A DNA stretch of 64,000 bases from Candidatus Obscuribacteraceae bacterium (GCA_044226015.1 JBGAHS010000001.1:672001-736000), one strand, 5' to 3'. Positions 10,020 to 20,446 are shown, counted from the first letter of the stretch. The notes: a model not told the origin generated them from the sequence alone. A program made the numbers and translations.

Positions 10020-11054
10020 ATGGACGACACCTGGCACCAGCTGATGAATAACCTGCAGCTTGCCGGGCATGTTGATGTCTGGGATACAGCGAAAGTCGCT
10101 ATCCAAATTGTCATCATTTTATACGCAATAGTATGGACATGGCGGCGCATTCGTGCGACGCAGGCCGAGCGTCTTGTTAAAGGCATTATGTTGCTGGTCA
10201 CCTTCTGGTTCGCATGCCAGTGGATGGGGCTGACCATCATCACGGCCATTTTGCGTGAGATGATACCAGTTCTTTTAATCGGAGTCGTAATCGTGTTTCA
10301 GCCCGAATTGCGACGGGGGCTTGGTTATCTCGGACGCACTCGCTTCAGGGTTGATTTCTCACTTTCCGACACTCAAAACGAAAAGACCAAAGAAGTTATC
10401 GAGCAGATTATCAAAGCCGTTCGCGAGCTTTCGCGCAACAAAATTGGTGCACTAATTGTGGTGGAACCTCCAGAGGGAGAGCGTGATTACATCAGCCCAG
10501 GCACCACTCTAAATGCCGAAGTTACATCGAGCCTTTTGCTCAGTATTTTTCACACCAGCTCTCCATTGCATGACGGTGCGGTAGTTATAAGACAAACAAA
10601 AATTATCGCTGCTGGTGTTATATTGCCAATGACAGATAGTTTGAAACTTAGTCAGAGGTACGGCACTCGTCATAGGGCCGCACTGGGACTTTCCGAAAAA
10701 TATGATGGACTTTGCATTGTGGCATCGGAAGAGACCGGCGCTATCTCAGCAGCTAACCGCGGCATGCTGGTTCGCTACAATTCAGCCGATGAGCTAGCAG
10801 ATGCGCTTAACTACATGTATCATCAAGTACCTGATGAAAAGCCAGGGGCAACGCAGACCCCGCTGCAATCTTTTCTGCAGTTATTCAATAGAACAAAAAC
10901 GGTTGTACCAAAACCAGCCCCAATTGTTGATCATCCCAGGCGGCGTGCGGGCGATTTCCCACGGGACGATGAACTTGATTCATCCTCGACGGAGCTTGAA
11001 CGCATCAAAACTAATGATGAGTATCTGTCTGAAGGGCACGCAGAAACAGTTTGA
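10020..11054 (+). CDS. cdaA: Membrane diadenylate cyclase (c-di-AMP synthase, CdaA/DacA)
   Basis: Three N-terminal TM helices, FQPELRRGL, PLHDGAV and YGTRHRAA catalytic motifs, SEETG. Follows lysA as in cyanobacteria. Confidence 0.95.
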   Translation: MDDTWHQLMNNLQLAGHVDVWDTAKVAIQIVIILYAIVWTWRRIRATQAERLVKGIMLLVTFWFACQWMGLTIITAILREMIPVLLIGVVIVFQPELRRGLGYLGRTRFRVDFSLSDTQNEKTKEVIEQIIKAVRELSRNKIGALIVVEPPEGERDYISPGTTLNAEVTSSLLLSIFHTSSPLHDGAVVIRQTKIIAAGVILPMTDSLKLSQRYGTRHRAALGLSEKYDGLCIVASEETGAISAANRGMLVRYNSADELADALNYMYHQVPDEKPGATQTPLQSFLQLFNRTKTVVPKPAPIVDHPRRRAGDFPRDDELDSSSTELERIKTNDEYLSEGHAETV

Positions 11055-11057
11055 TTC

Positions 11058-13076
11058 ATGAGCGAACCTCTTGCCGATAATGAGCATCAGAACTCGACTC
11101 CATCTGCCAATCATGCTGACCTGGGCGTAGAGCTTGAAGCTGATTCTTGCCAGCAGGATCCTTCCGCCAAGCTCAACTCCGAGAGTCCGTCAGAATCTAG
11201 ATTTATTCAGCGGGAAATAAAGTCTTTTAGCGATGTCGTTGAGATGACATTGAAAATTCCGCGCGTCATTGCGCTGGTTTGGGAAGCGCACCCTCATCTT
11301 GCCTTGGTTTTTGTAGTTGACCAGATAATTTCTGGTTTGGCACCTCTGGCTTCTGTTTGGGTGCTTAAAACTCTGGTCGATACAGTTCCCTTGTTTGTAA
11401 AAATACATGGAGTTTCTAATGGTGTCGCATTTGGTGCAGTGCCAGGGAATTTAATCCTAGCTTTGCTTGTGCTCGCATTGTCCTGGCTTGCCCAAGAAGT
11501 TTCCAGACCCATCACGCATTATTGTCAGGAACAAATCAATGACGAACTGACAAAACGAATCAATTTCAAGATTATGGATAAGGTAAACAGTCTAATTGAT
11601 ATCAGTATTCTTGAAAATCCGAAATTTTACGACAAGCTTCAATACCTACAGAATGACTTAGCTTATAGACCTATTCAACTGCTTTCTGTGATGTCTCAAT
11701 TTATCAGAGTGATTATTATAGTTCTTACTTTGGGGACTCTTCTTGCAGCACTAAGCCCCTGGCTTGTTCTAGTGTTAGTCGTTTTTATCGCACCTAAGGT
11801 AGTTTGGTCTCTCAAGCACCTCTACGAATTCTGGGAAGTTTTGAACGGTGATGTTCCAGACCTTCGAAAAATGCGCTACTACATGAGTGTGGTCACCAAC
11901 AATCTTGATGGTAAAGAAGTGCGGCTGCTTGGGCTTGGCGAGTACTTCAAAAAGCTTTATGACGAGACCTTTAGCGAATTTCAGCACCGACGCAGTTCTA
12001 TGCGTAAGAGGCATCTTCGGCGAGATTTTTTTCTGGGCATCTGTGCCGCGTTCGGCTCGATGATTGGTTATGGTTATACCGTGTTTTGCGCGTTAGCTGG
12101 ACAGATTTCTGTTGGCAGCATGGCTATGTATTTGGGCACTATAGTCCAGATGGAGCAGCAGTTGATGGAGCTAGCCTTTGTTGTGGCTGAGCTTTACAGG
12201 CACACGCTATACGTGAGCGAGCTTTTCGATTTCCTTGATTTGGAACCTGTGATACCAGTTCCGGTGGCTGAGAATTGTGTTCCGGTACCTGAGAAAATCA
12301 CTAGCGGAATTGAATTCAAAGATGTCTACTTTAAATATCCGGGCTGCGAACGATATGTGCTTGAGGGCGTTTCATTCACTATTGCTCCCAGTCAGACTGT
12401 TGCGATAGTAGGCGAAAACGGCGCAGGCAAAACAACTATAGTCAAATTACTTTCACGATTATACGACCCGACTGCGGGCGCGATTCTTGTTGACGGCATC
12501 GATATTCGCAAGTTGAACCCAGCGGAATGGAGAAGCCGAATGGCTGTGGTATTCCAAGATTACTGCAAATATCAAATGACGCTGCAGCAAAACATAGGGG
12601 TAGGCCAGGTTGAAAAATCCAATGACTTACTTGCTATAGAACATTCCGCTGAGAGAGGAGGGGCTGCAAGTATTGCTAAAAAGTTTGAGCAAGGCTATAG
12701 CACTATGCTTGGAAAAGCCTTTGAGAAGGAGTCTGTGGGTGTTGAACTTTCTGGAGGCGAATGGCAACGCGTTGCTTTGTCTCGTGCGTTTATGCGAACG
12801 GCTGGACCCGATCGTGCTCATCTACTGATTCTTGATGAGCCGTCAGCATCGCTTGATGTTCAATCGGAAACGCAAACTTACTTGCGCTTCCATGAGCTGA
12901 TTGCAGATACTATGGGCATACTCATAACGCATCGTTTCTCTACAATAAAAATCGCCGACAAAATTATTGTTTTAGAGAATGGTAAGGTCATCGAAGAAGG
13001 TACGCACAATGAACTTACTGCCAGCGATACTCATTATGCAAGGCTCTTTGATATGCAAGCGAAGCACTATCGTTAG
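11058..13076 (+). CDS. ABC transporter, fused permease and ATPase
   Basis: Multiple TM helices, Walker A GENGAGKTT, signature LSGGEWQR, Walker B LLILDEP, ITHRFST. Confidence 0.95.
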   Translation: MSEPLADNEHQNSTPSANHADLGVELEADSCQQDPSAKLNSESPSESRFIQREIKSFSDVVEMTLKIPRVIALVWEAHPHLALVFVVDQIISGLAPLASVWVLKTLVDTVPLFVKIHGVSNGVAFGAVPGNLILALLVLALSWLAQEVSRPITHYCQEQINDELTKRINFKIMDKVNSLIDISILENPKFYDKLQYLQNDLAYRPIQLLSVMSQFIRVIIIVLTLGTLLAALSPWLVLVLVVFIAPKVVWSLKHLYEFWEVLNGDVPDLRKMRYYMSVVTNNLDGKEVRLLGLGEYFKKLYDETFSEFQHRRSSMRKRHLRRDFFLGICAAFGSMIGYGYTVFCALAGQISVGSMAMYLGTIVQMEQQLMELAFVVAELYRHTLYVSELFDFLDLEPVIPVPVAENCVPVPEKITSGIEFKDVYFKYPGCERYVLEGVSFTIAPSQTVAIVGENGAGKTTIVKLLSRLYDPTAGAILVDGIDIRKLNPAEWRSRMAVVFQDYCKYQMTLQQNIGVGQVEKSNDLLAIEHSAERGGAASIAKKFEQGYSTMLGKAFEKESVGVELSGGEWQRVALSRAFMRTAGPDRAHLLILDEPSASLDVQSETQTYLRFHELIADTMGILITHRFSTIKIADKIIVLENGKVIEEGTHNELTASDTHYARLFDMQAKHYR

Positions 13077-13411
13077 AGCTTGCCGCCTGCCATTTATTTT
13101 GCCTATTAGCTTCTCCCGTCGAACGCCTGATTGAAAATGATGAGAGCGGCTCTTCGACCTGAAAGCTCACTTGCAATCAATATAAATGTATCGATGTGAA
13201 TTCTTGTTCGTTCTTTGTCTGTTTACATTCTTAAGACAAGCAACCGAGTAATAGTGCAGCAAAGCGGCTCTTGATAAGCCTTTTCGGTGCTAGTGCGGGA
13301 ACCAGTCTGGGGTCGTTCCGTCAGACTTTCCATTCGTACAAAAATGCCGTTGCCTGAACTGAAAAAAAACTGGTTCGCACGTGCTCAGATCCCTGTTACG
13401 AAGGAGGTTTT

Positions 13412-13798
13412 ATGATCGAAGTCGAAAAAGAACGTGTTGAACAGCCAATCGTTGTGCAACCAGATAGCAGTTCCGCTGTGGGTGTCGTAGTCTTTTTAGT
13501 CCTTGCAATTGTCCTCTCGCTGGTGATTGCATTTTCGCTCGGTAGTAACAACTCGTCTACAGTTGTAGCGCCTACACCGACAACACAATACGTGCCAATT
13601 CAGGGACCAGCCGGACCACCAGGACCTCAGGGTCCAAGTGGACCTCAGGGCACGTCCACAACTTTTAGCGCACCGGCTCCAGTAAGTACACCGACACCAG
13701 CGCCGGTGGCTTCGCCTGCACCAAGCCCTGTTGATAATTCAGTAAACACGGATTCGAGTGGTTCAACTACAACCACAACCGAAACCACACAACAGTAA
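13412..13798 (+). CDS. Small single-TM protein with a short collagen-like Gly-Pro-X stretch and Pro/Thr-rich tail
   Basis: Strong RBS AAGGAGG upstream. One TM helix. GPA-GPP-GPQ-GPS-GPQ-GTS triplets. Confidence 0.8.
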   Translation: MIEVEKERVEQPIVVQPDSSSAVGVVVFLVLAIVLSLVIAFSLGSNNSSTVVAPTPTTQYVPIQGPAGPPGPQGPSGPQGTSTTFSAPAPVSTPTPAPVASPAPSPVDNSVNTDSSGSTTTTTETTQQ

Positions 13799-13886
13799 GT
13801 TTTCTTTGGGAACCAAAATTGATTTCCTCAGTCTTGTTTCCCAGATGATGAAACCTGGCAGATCATCAAATGTTTTGGAAAGAAAG

Positions 13887-13920
13887 GAGCAGCCGTCGAA
13901 AGCGGCTGCTCTATATATTT
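13887..13920. terminator. Hairpin, probable intrinsic terminator (possibly bidirectional)
   Basis: GAGCAGCCG(T)-CGAAA-(G)CGGCTGCTC, flanked by A-rich sequence on the left and TATATATTT on the right. Confidence 0.6.
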
Positions 13921-14247
13921 GAGTTTGTGAATCTTCTTGCAGACACATACTTGCTCACAAAGATCCAAGATACCGAAGAAGTAGTTTGTCTCTGTTGGGA
14001 ATTGTTCTGGGAACCAAATCCATCCGGTTCAGTCTTGTCTTTCGGAAGAAGGACAAGTAAAAAGTAGTGAACTGAGAGAGCGCGTTGAATCATGGATTCA
14101 CGCGCTCTTTTGTTGCCTATTTGTTGCTCAAATGGCGAACCTTCATGCACAGTTATCTGTCGGCAACTATATGGTGGCAGCCCTATATTTTGATGGAACA
14201 CACGAATTCATTGCCAGTCTCACGTTGCAGGAAAAAGAGAATATGCA

Positions 14248-14451
14248 ATGAAAGAAGTAATCCTAACGCTATTATTTATGGTTCTGCTTGCGGGCATTTA
14301 TTTGGGTGGACCGGTCTCACAATCGATGTTTCATTTTCTTGTGGTTATGACCTTGATTCAGATATTTACGGGAGGCTCAAATCTAAAGCCTGACTCAGGT
14401 TCTGTTCACACCGGTCACGTTCATCCTGCTCACGTTCACCCCAGCTCGTAA
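14248..14451 (+). CDS. Small two-TM membrane protein with His-rich C-terminus
   Basis: Two hydrophobic segments, tail VHTGHVHPAHVHPSS, purine-rich leader. Confidence 0.55.
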   Translation: MKEVILTLLFMVLLAGIYLGGPVSQSMFHFLVVMTLIQIFTGGSNLKPDSGSVHTGHVHPAHVHPSS

Positions 14452-14472
14452 TTCTGTGAGAATGCCGCAGAA

Positions 14473-15642
14473 TCAGGATATTGAGTCCGAGTTTCTGCAC
14501 AATTGCAAAATTGTGTCTGCGATCGAGTAGACGGCGTCGACACGATCCAAATTATGATCCGAAGGCAGCGGTTTACTTAGTCGATCGCTGACCAATTCCA
14601 GATTCTCAACAATATGTACAATGTCCGATGGCTTGCGGATGCCTTGCGCGAGCCCAGTTTCGATAAGCATGGTGGCTGTGCCCGACTCTTGCGGCATTGG
14701 TTTGGTTACTAGATCAATAGCCATAGGCATTCGTCGCGCGATGGCTTCAAACGTTGTAAGCCCACCTGCTTTTGTGACCAAGAGATCGCAGGCTGTCATT
14801 ACTTCAGGCATAGAACTTACATACTTCAAAACCACTGTTTTGAAAGGGGATTTGAGCTTTTCCTGATCCATTTTTTGCTTCAATTTCATGTTCTTGCCGC
14901 AAATAAACAGAACCTGAAATTCTCTCTTGCATTCTGCCAACGATTTGTAAATCTTCAGCATATTGCCACCACCGGCAGAACCAGCACTTACAACAACCGT
15001 TGGTAGGTCGGGGTTCAACCGGTATTCACGCAAGAAATCGCGTTTCGATACAACTGGTTCTTTTATGAATGCTGGCTGAATAGGCATTCCAATTACTTGA
15101 ATTTTCTCTGGACTCAAGCCTAGTGAAACCAGCTTGTTGAATGTTATATCGTTCGGCGCTATTGTCAGATCGGCATCAGGACAGGCCCAGCCAGTCCACA
15201 AATTTGCGTTGGGATCGGTTAGAACCGTGAGAAGTTTAACCCGTCGACTCATGCCCAGTTCTTTCATGGCTCGAGCAAGAAAGTGATTAACCATAGGATG
15301 CACTGAAACAACAATGGTTGGTTCTATCGAACTCAACTTCTTTTTCATGTAAGAAGCTGCCAGTTTGTAAGCTATGGCGTTTTCATTTGGCTTTACAAGT
15401 TCGATCAGGGTGATGTAGTACTTCATCCATTCTTGCTTGTTTTTGAGCAGACCATTATAGACCTTTGCAAACAGTCGATTAATTGAGTTGCTCTCCTCGA
15501 CCAGATCTTCGAGGATGATATCTGGCACAAGTTCATTGCGCTCTTCGCAAATTTCGTGAATAGCGCGACGGAGTGCTTCTGCAGCACTGCGATGACCTGC
15601 ACCAGTATCTGAGAAAACTAAAAGTACTTTCGCTTTTTCCAT
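14473..15642 (-). CDS. GT28 diacylglycerol glycosyltransferase (MGDG synthase/UgtP family)
   Basis: SDTGAGHRSAAEAL, VSVHP, VLTD, GMPI, GSAGGG, ICGKN, DLLVTKAGGLTTFEA, PQE. Confidence 0.9.
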   Translation of the reverse strand: MEKAKVLLVFSDTGAGHRSAAEALRRAIHEICEERNELVPDIILEDLVEESNSINRLFAKVYNGLLKNKQEWMKYYITLIELVKPNENAIAYKLAASYMKKKLSSIEPTIVVSVHPMVNHFLARAMKELGMSRRVKLLTVLTDPNANLWTGWACPDADLTIAPNDITFNKLVSLGLSPEKIQVIGMPIQPAFIKEPVVSKRDFLREYRLNPDLPTVVVSAGSAGGGNMLKIYKSLAECKREFQVLFICGKNMKLKQKMDQEKLKSPFKTVVLKYVSSMPEVMTACDLLVTKAGGLTTFEAIARRMPMAIDLVTKPMPQESGTATMLIETGLAQGIRKPSDIVHIVENLELVSDRLSKPLPSDHNLDRVDAVYSIADTILQLCRNSDSIS

Positions 15643-15737
15643 AAGCTATTCTTCTCACAATTCAATGCAAGAATATCATGGTCTGAAACTTCGCGGAACT
15701 TTTCTTTTTGCTCATGATCGCCACTGGAGGCTGCTCG

Positions 15738-16508
15738 ATGTCAATTCTAAATCTGGTCGGTGTACAGCTCGATATTGCCTGGGAAAATAAAGAGCAAAAC
15801 AGAAAGAGGCTAGTTGAACTTCTTGTAGCAGCAAAGCCTGCAGCGGATAGCTTGATCGTCCTGCCTGAACTCTTCGAAACCGGCTTCAGCATGAATTCGC
15901 TGTTGGCTTCGTCAGAGCTTAGTATGTCCAAAAAGTTTCTCTGCGAAACATCGAAGCGATTTTCTTGTTCAATTCTTGCTGGGCTTGCTGTGCGCGATAT
16001 AGACGGGCGGGTGGAGAACTCTGCGATCCTATTTGATGAAATGGGCGTAGAAAAAGGAAGCTATAGCAAAATGCATTTGTTTTCATTTGCAACTGAGAAT
16101 GAGCATTACATCCCGGGGGCAAAGCTAGTTAATTTCAATGTTTCTGGCTTCGAGCTTGCTCCTTCCATCTGCTACGATCTGCGCTTTCCTGAACTTTATC
16201 GTAAGCAAGTAGCGGCGGGTGCTGAATTATTTGTAGTGATTGCAAACTGGCCGACCCAGCGGGTCGAGCATTGGAAGGCACTTTTGAAGGCTCGAGCCAT
16301 TGAGAATCAAGCATTCGTATTTGCTGTAAATCGTGCTGGCAAAGATCCCGCAAATAGTTATCCCGGCAGCAGCATGCTCCTTGACCCCTACGGAAATATT
16401 CTGATAGACGCGGGCTCCGAAGAATGCGTTATCCAACATTCTATCGACAGAAGTAAGCTAGTTGAATATAGAAAATCTTTTCCAGTTCTAAATGATTTGC
16501 GCCTTTAG
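15738..16508 (+). CDS. Carbon-nitrogen hydrolase (nitrilase superfamily, YafV/Nit-like amidase)
   Basis: E-K-C triad in LPELF, YSKMHLF and ICYDLRFPE. Also ARAIENQ. Start moved to the ATG at 15738, behind a GGAGG RBS. Confidence 0.92.
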   Translation: MSILNLVGVQLDIAWENKEQNRKRLVELLVAAKPAADSLIVLPELFETGFSMNSLLASSELSMSKKFLCETSKRFSCSILAGLAVRDIDGRVENSAILFDEMGVEKGSYSKMHLFSFATENEHYIPGAKLVNFNVSGFELAPSICYDLRFPELYRKQVAAGAELFVVIANWPTQRVEHWKALLKARAIENQAFVFAVNRAGKDPANSYPGSSMLLDPYGNILIDAGSEECVIQHSIDRSKLVEYRKSFPVLNDLRL

Positions 16509-16588
16509 TGGAAACTTTTCGTAGAAAGGTTCGCCTAAGCCAGCACACAAATGTTCTGTGCTGCACGCACTAAATTGGAGGGATAGTC

Positions 16589-17647
16589 ATGAAAGGGAAT
16601 CAATTCGCGAAGTACGCTCGCGTGTTCTGCCAGGCATTAGCCGTCGGCGTAGTGCTGCAAGCGTTATCTTTGCCAATCGCAAATGCACAGGCAATTGAAG
16701 TGCATAAGGCTTATATCAGCTCAGTGCCAAATCCTATTCGTTTTGCGGGTGACGAAGTTTTCGCCATTCGCACTCCTGCTGGTGAGTTTACCGCAGAAGA
16801 GCGCACCATGATTGTAGAGAGAAATCTCAACAACGCCCTGCTTGGTGCAAAGGATCGGTCGCCCAATGCCGTTTCCGTCGAAATTGTGAATAGCTTGCCA
16901 GTAATAAGATTGGATGGCAAGCATGTTGTCACTATTGATACAGTTCTGGCTTCGGTAAACAATACAACTTGCGACAACCTTGCGTTTAAGTGGGCAGACA
17001 ATCTTCGTCACGTGCTTGCTGACACAGCTAAGGTAGACAATTATATTGCCCAAATGGATGGTGACTTCCTGGCAGCACCGTATACGCCACCAGCGTGGCG
17101 CGAACAATGGCAGGCTGCTCGATTGAATCATGCAGCCAATGCTTATCGTCGCGATATGCCACGGAATGGTTTCGTTTCCCAACTGGCGCTGAAAGACGAA
17201 GGCTTCCGTCTATTGATGAAGCGCGACCCTATCGGAGCCGAAGCTTTCTTCAAGACAGCGCTAAGCACAAACGGTGACAACGAACGTGCACGTTATGGAT
17301 TGGGTCTTGCTTTATTGAAGCAAGGAAAACCCCAGACAGCTTTGATGCATTTGCAAATGGCCAGTTACCTTGAGCCAGATGATGCGCAAGTTCACATGGC
17401 CATGGGTGAAGCTTTTGAAGCCCTTGGTCATGATCAAGATGCCATTGTTGCATATAAAAAAGCAAGCGAATTGAGCCCAGAAAATCCTGAGCCGGCTTTG
17501 TACGTAGCCGATATGAGAGAAGAACGTGATCAGATCAAGCGATCATCAATTGAGCTTTCCCGTGCACAACTTGAGTGCGCAGACAGCCATTACCTGAAAA
17601 TTCGCAAGAAAGACCAGGTAGCATGGCGCTTGTCTAAACCATATTAA
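16589..17647 (+). CDS. Secreted TPR-repeat protein
   Basis: Signal peptide ending ANA. TPR-like helices ARYGLGLALL and VHMAMGEAFEALG...YKKASELSP. GGAGG RBS. Confidence 0.8.
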   Translation: MKGNQFAKYARVFCQALAVGVVLQALSLPIANAQAIEVHKAYISSVPNPIRFAGDEVFAIRTPAGEFTAEERTMIVERNLNNALLGAKDRSPNAVSVEIVNSLPVIRLDGKHVVTIDTVLASVNNTTCDNLAFKWADNLRHVLADTAKVDNYIAQMDGDFLAAPYTPPAWREQWQAARLNHAANAYRRDMPRNGFVSQLALKDEGFRLLMKRDPIGAEAFFKTALSTNGDNERARYGLGLALLKQGKPQTALMHLQMASYLEPDDAQVHMAMGEAFEALGHDQDAIVAYKKASELSPENPEPALYVADMREERDQIKRSSIELSRAQLECADSHYLKIRKKDQVAWRLSKPY

Positions 17648-17874
17648 CGGCGCAGAACATAGTAGCTTCACCGACCAGTTCTGTGAAGCTACGAAAATTG
17701 TTCCCCAGTGGTCGAAAATTACAATACTTAGCCCCTGGAAGCTCTGGGAAGAGCTTCCACTCGCTGAGTATTGCTTTCGACATTTTAAATGCCAAGGTGC
17801 CGTGCAAATAATTGTTCTCCTAATTTTCTGGCAATGGCAGTAACAATTACTATCACCATAGAACTGAGGGCCCA

Positions 17875-18474
17875 ATGTCTAAAGAGAAAGATGCATCAAA
17901 AGAAATTGCCGAGCCAAAGGCTGTGTCGGAGAGTTCAGCTCTTCACAACGAAGCATTTTCTGAGATGAAAATGAATGCAGTGCAAAACAAAGCATCTACC
18001 AACTCGTCCGAGCGAGCACAATTTCTCGACTGCCCACCAGTGCCTGGCTATGGACATACTCAAGATGACATCTTTCAGCATAATACACGGACTCCAAATG
18101 GACTAAATCATAACCCCATGGAGATGACCATTAACTCCGGACATAGCGTTGATAATGAAATGACAGTTTTTGCAAATCCATCGCTGCGAGAAAATTGGCT
18201 TGCTCATGATGAGCTTCGTGCAATTCCGCACCCTCAAGAATCGCGACATCATAGTCATCGGCATGCTATCGCACCGGCAGAAGGCGGGGGGCGGCCACTA
18301 CCGCAAGATCAGGTTGTTATTCCAAATGTATTATCACCTGGAAGTTTGAGACTACCTGATTTGCCCAGGTTAAACCCAATTGCATCAGCACCGCTAGACA
18401 TAGACCACGAGCGCAACGCCGAACGAGCCCGGCAAGCTGCGCAGAGCGCTCCTTTCCGTCATGTTCGCCATTAG
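17875..18474 (+). CDS. Hypothetical low-complexity His/Pro-rich protein
   Basis: 199-aa ORF with a GAGGG RBS. No recognisable family. Confidence 0.6.
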   Translation: MSKEKDASKEIAEPKAVSESSALHNEAFSEMKMNAVQNKASTNSSERAQFLDCPPVPGYGHTQDDIFQHNTRTPNGLNHNPMEMTINSGHSVDNEMTVFANPSLRENWLAHDELRAIPHPQESRHHSHRHAIAPAEGGGRPLPQDQVVIPNVLSPGSLRLPDLPRLNPIASAPLDIDHERNAERARQAAQSAPFRHVRH

Positions 18475-18484
18475 GTGTGGAACT

Positions 18485-19678
18485 TCAACCCTCTAACGCA
18501 TTGCGCAATGCATTAGGAAATTCACGTGCTTCTCTTTCTGAGAAATAGTGCAATGATGCTCTAATACAGCTTGGGCTCGGTATAGTTCTAACGATTGTCT
18601 TGTTCTTTTCCATATGCTTCACCAAATCTGAATGTGACGCATCAGCAAGCTTGAATGAAACAAGGCTCGACTTTCCATCATTGTCCAGGAAACTAACGCC
18701 TGGTATTTTTGCTAATTCTTCGCGGAGAAGTTTGACGTTGTTGTTTATGAGTTCATATCGCAACTGTGAATTGCCAAAATTCTGATGCTCTTTTATTGCT
18801 GCACGCAATCCCGACAGTAATGGAAACGGTGCAGTAGCTACTTCAAATCGCGATGCGTCGGGTAGCCATCCCGTTGGCTTGCCACCGGCGTCAAACTGGC
18901 TTCCTCTCCATCCAGAGAAGGTGGGTTCGATGAGCTCCAGTGAGCCAGGCGAAACGTAGAGACCTCCGAGCCCCTCCGGACCCCCGAGCCATTTATGTCC
19001 TGTTATCGCATAAAAATCTGCATTGAGATTGGCAAGATCCAGCGGCAGCACTCCGGCAGATTGTGCACCATCCACCAGAACCAGTACGCCATGGCTGCGG
19101 CAGAGTTCAACGATTTCTTTGCATGGAAGCACTCTGCCGGTGTTCCACAGAACATGGCTGAACATGAAGAGCCTTGGCTTCAATTTCAAAGCTCTCTCTG
19201 TTTCCTGCAGAATTTCCTGGTCAGATTGCAGGTTCGCAAAATTGCAGATTTGCAGATTCAACTTTCTTCTTTTACATAGTTGATTGACTGCGGTCATCAC
19301 GCCGTTGTGCTCGGAGTCGGTTGTAAGAACAGTCTCTCCTTCTTTCCAATCGACGCCCCAGAGCGCTATGTTGCAGCCCTCAGTTGCATTTTGTGTCATG
19401 GCCCAATCAGCGGCTCTTCCGCCGAACTCTGACGCTAGCGCTTCCTTTGTTTGATGAATGAGTTCCAGCATCCATCCCCATATAAAGCTGCTAAAGGGAC
19501 CATGCTCTTGCACATAACTGTAGGCTGAGTTGATTGCCTCTAAAGCCGCAATCGACATCACTCCCTGTCCACCGAAGTTCAAGTAATTCTTGTTCTTCAG
19601 TCCTGGAAATCTTTCACGCTGCTTGTTGATGCGGTCTTCTTCAATTTGAACTTTCAAGTGCTTCTCCGATTTCTTCAA
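18485..19678 (-). CDS. Class V PLP enzyme resembling cyanobacterial L-cysteine/cystine C-S lyase (C-DES)
   Basis: YLNFGGQG, TQNATEG, SEH, SHVLWNTG, VDGAQSAG, TGHKW (PLP lysine), RFEVAT. Overlaps the 3' end of pyrF, so the true start may be slightly downstream. Confidence 0.85.
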   Translation of the reverse strand: MKKSEKHLKVQIEEDRINKQRERFPGLKNKNYLNFGGQGVMSIAALEAINSAYSYVQEHGPFSSFIWGWMLELIHQTKEALASEFGGRAADWAMTQNATEGCNIALWGVDWKEGETVLTTDSEHNGVMTAVNQLCKRRKLNLQICNFANLQSDQEILQETERALKLKPRLFMFSHVLWNTGRVLPCKEIVELCRSHGVLVLVDGAQSAGVLPLDLANLNADFYAITGHKWLGGPEGLGGLYVSPGSLELIEPTFSGWRGSQFDAGGKPTGWLPDASRFEVATAPFPLLSGLRAAIKEHQNFGNSQLRYELINNNVKLLREELAKIPGVSFLDNDGKSSLVSFKLADASHSDLVKHMEKNKTIVRTIPSPSCIRASLHYFSEREAREFPNALRNALEG

Positions 19679-20396
19679 CTATTTTCTTAGCCGCCGATTT
19701 CGGGTCTTTCGCACTAGTTATTGGTCTGCCAACTACCAGGTAGTCAGACCCGCGCTTAATAGCTTCAAATGGTGTAGTGAAACGGCTCTGGTCGTTCGCC
19801 TCAGCCCAAGTCGGGCGTACACCAGGTGTGACTATTACCATGCTTGAGCCAAGTTCTTTGCGAAGTGGAGCTACTTCTTCTGGAGAGGCAACCAGTCCGG
19901 TTATGCCATTCTCTTTGCACTGTCTTGCTAGCCTCAGTACGTGCTCTTCAATGCTTCCATTTACTGCAAGTTCGCGACTGAGGGTGTCCTGGCTGATGCT
20001 GGTCAAAACGGTGACCGCAAGCACCACCGGTGGTGTTATGTTGTTCTTCTCTGCTCGAGTTCTAACAGCATCAGCCGCTGCTTTTAACATGCTTGAGCCA
20101 CCACCTGCATGGATGGTGAACATGTGCACCCCATGGTTGGTAGCTTCTTCGGCAGCCTTAGCTACCGTATTTGGAATGTCCAAAAATTTGCAGTCCAGAA
20201 ATATCTTGCAGTTGGCTGATTGAAAGATCTTTAATATTTCGGGTCCGTAATGTGTAAACAGTTGGAGTCCAATTTTGAAAACTCCCACATGCTCATGAAG
20301 CTCGTCGAGATATCGACGAGCTTCTTCAATATTCGAGGTATCTACCGCCAGAATTAAGCGGTCGCGAGCCTTAATGCTTGTAGCTGACGCTTGCAA
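19641..20396 (-). CDS. pyrF: Orotidine-5'-phosphate decarboxylase
   Basis: ILAVD, FKIG, FLDCKFLDIPNT, TIHAGGG, VTVLTS, TPGVRP, DQ, VVGRPIT. Confidence 0.97.
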   Translation of the reverse strand: MQASATSIKARDRLILAVDTSNIEEARRYLDELHEHVGVFKIGLQLFTHYGPEILKIFQSANCKIFLDCKFLDIPNTVAKAAEEATNHGVHMFTIHAGGGSSMLKAAADAVRTRAEKNNITPPVVLAVTVLTSISQDTLSRELAVNGSIEEHVLRLARQCKENGITGLVASPEEVAPLRKELGSSMVIVTPGVRPTWAEANDQSRFTTPFEAIKRGSDYLVVGRPITSAKDPKSAAKKIVEEIGEALESSN

Positions 20397-20446
20397 TGCT
20401 TAGCCCCTTTAATGGGAGTGACCTTGCGAACCCTTAGCTAACTGAT

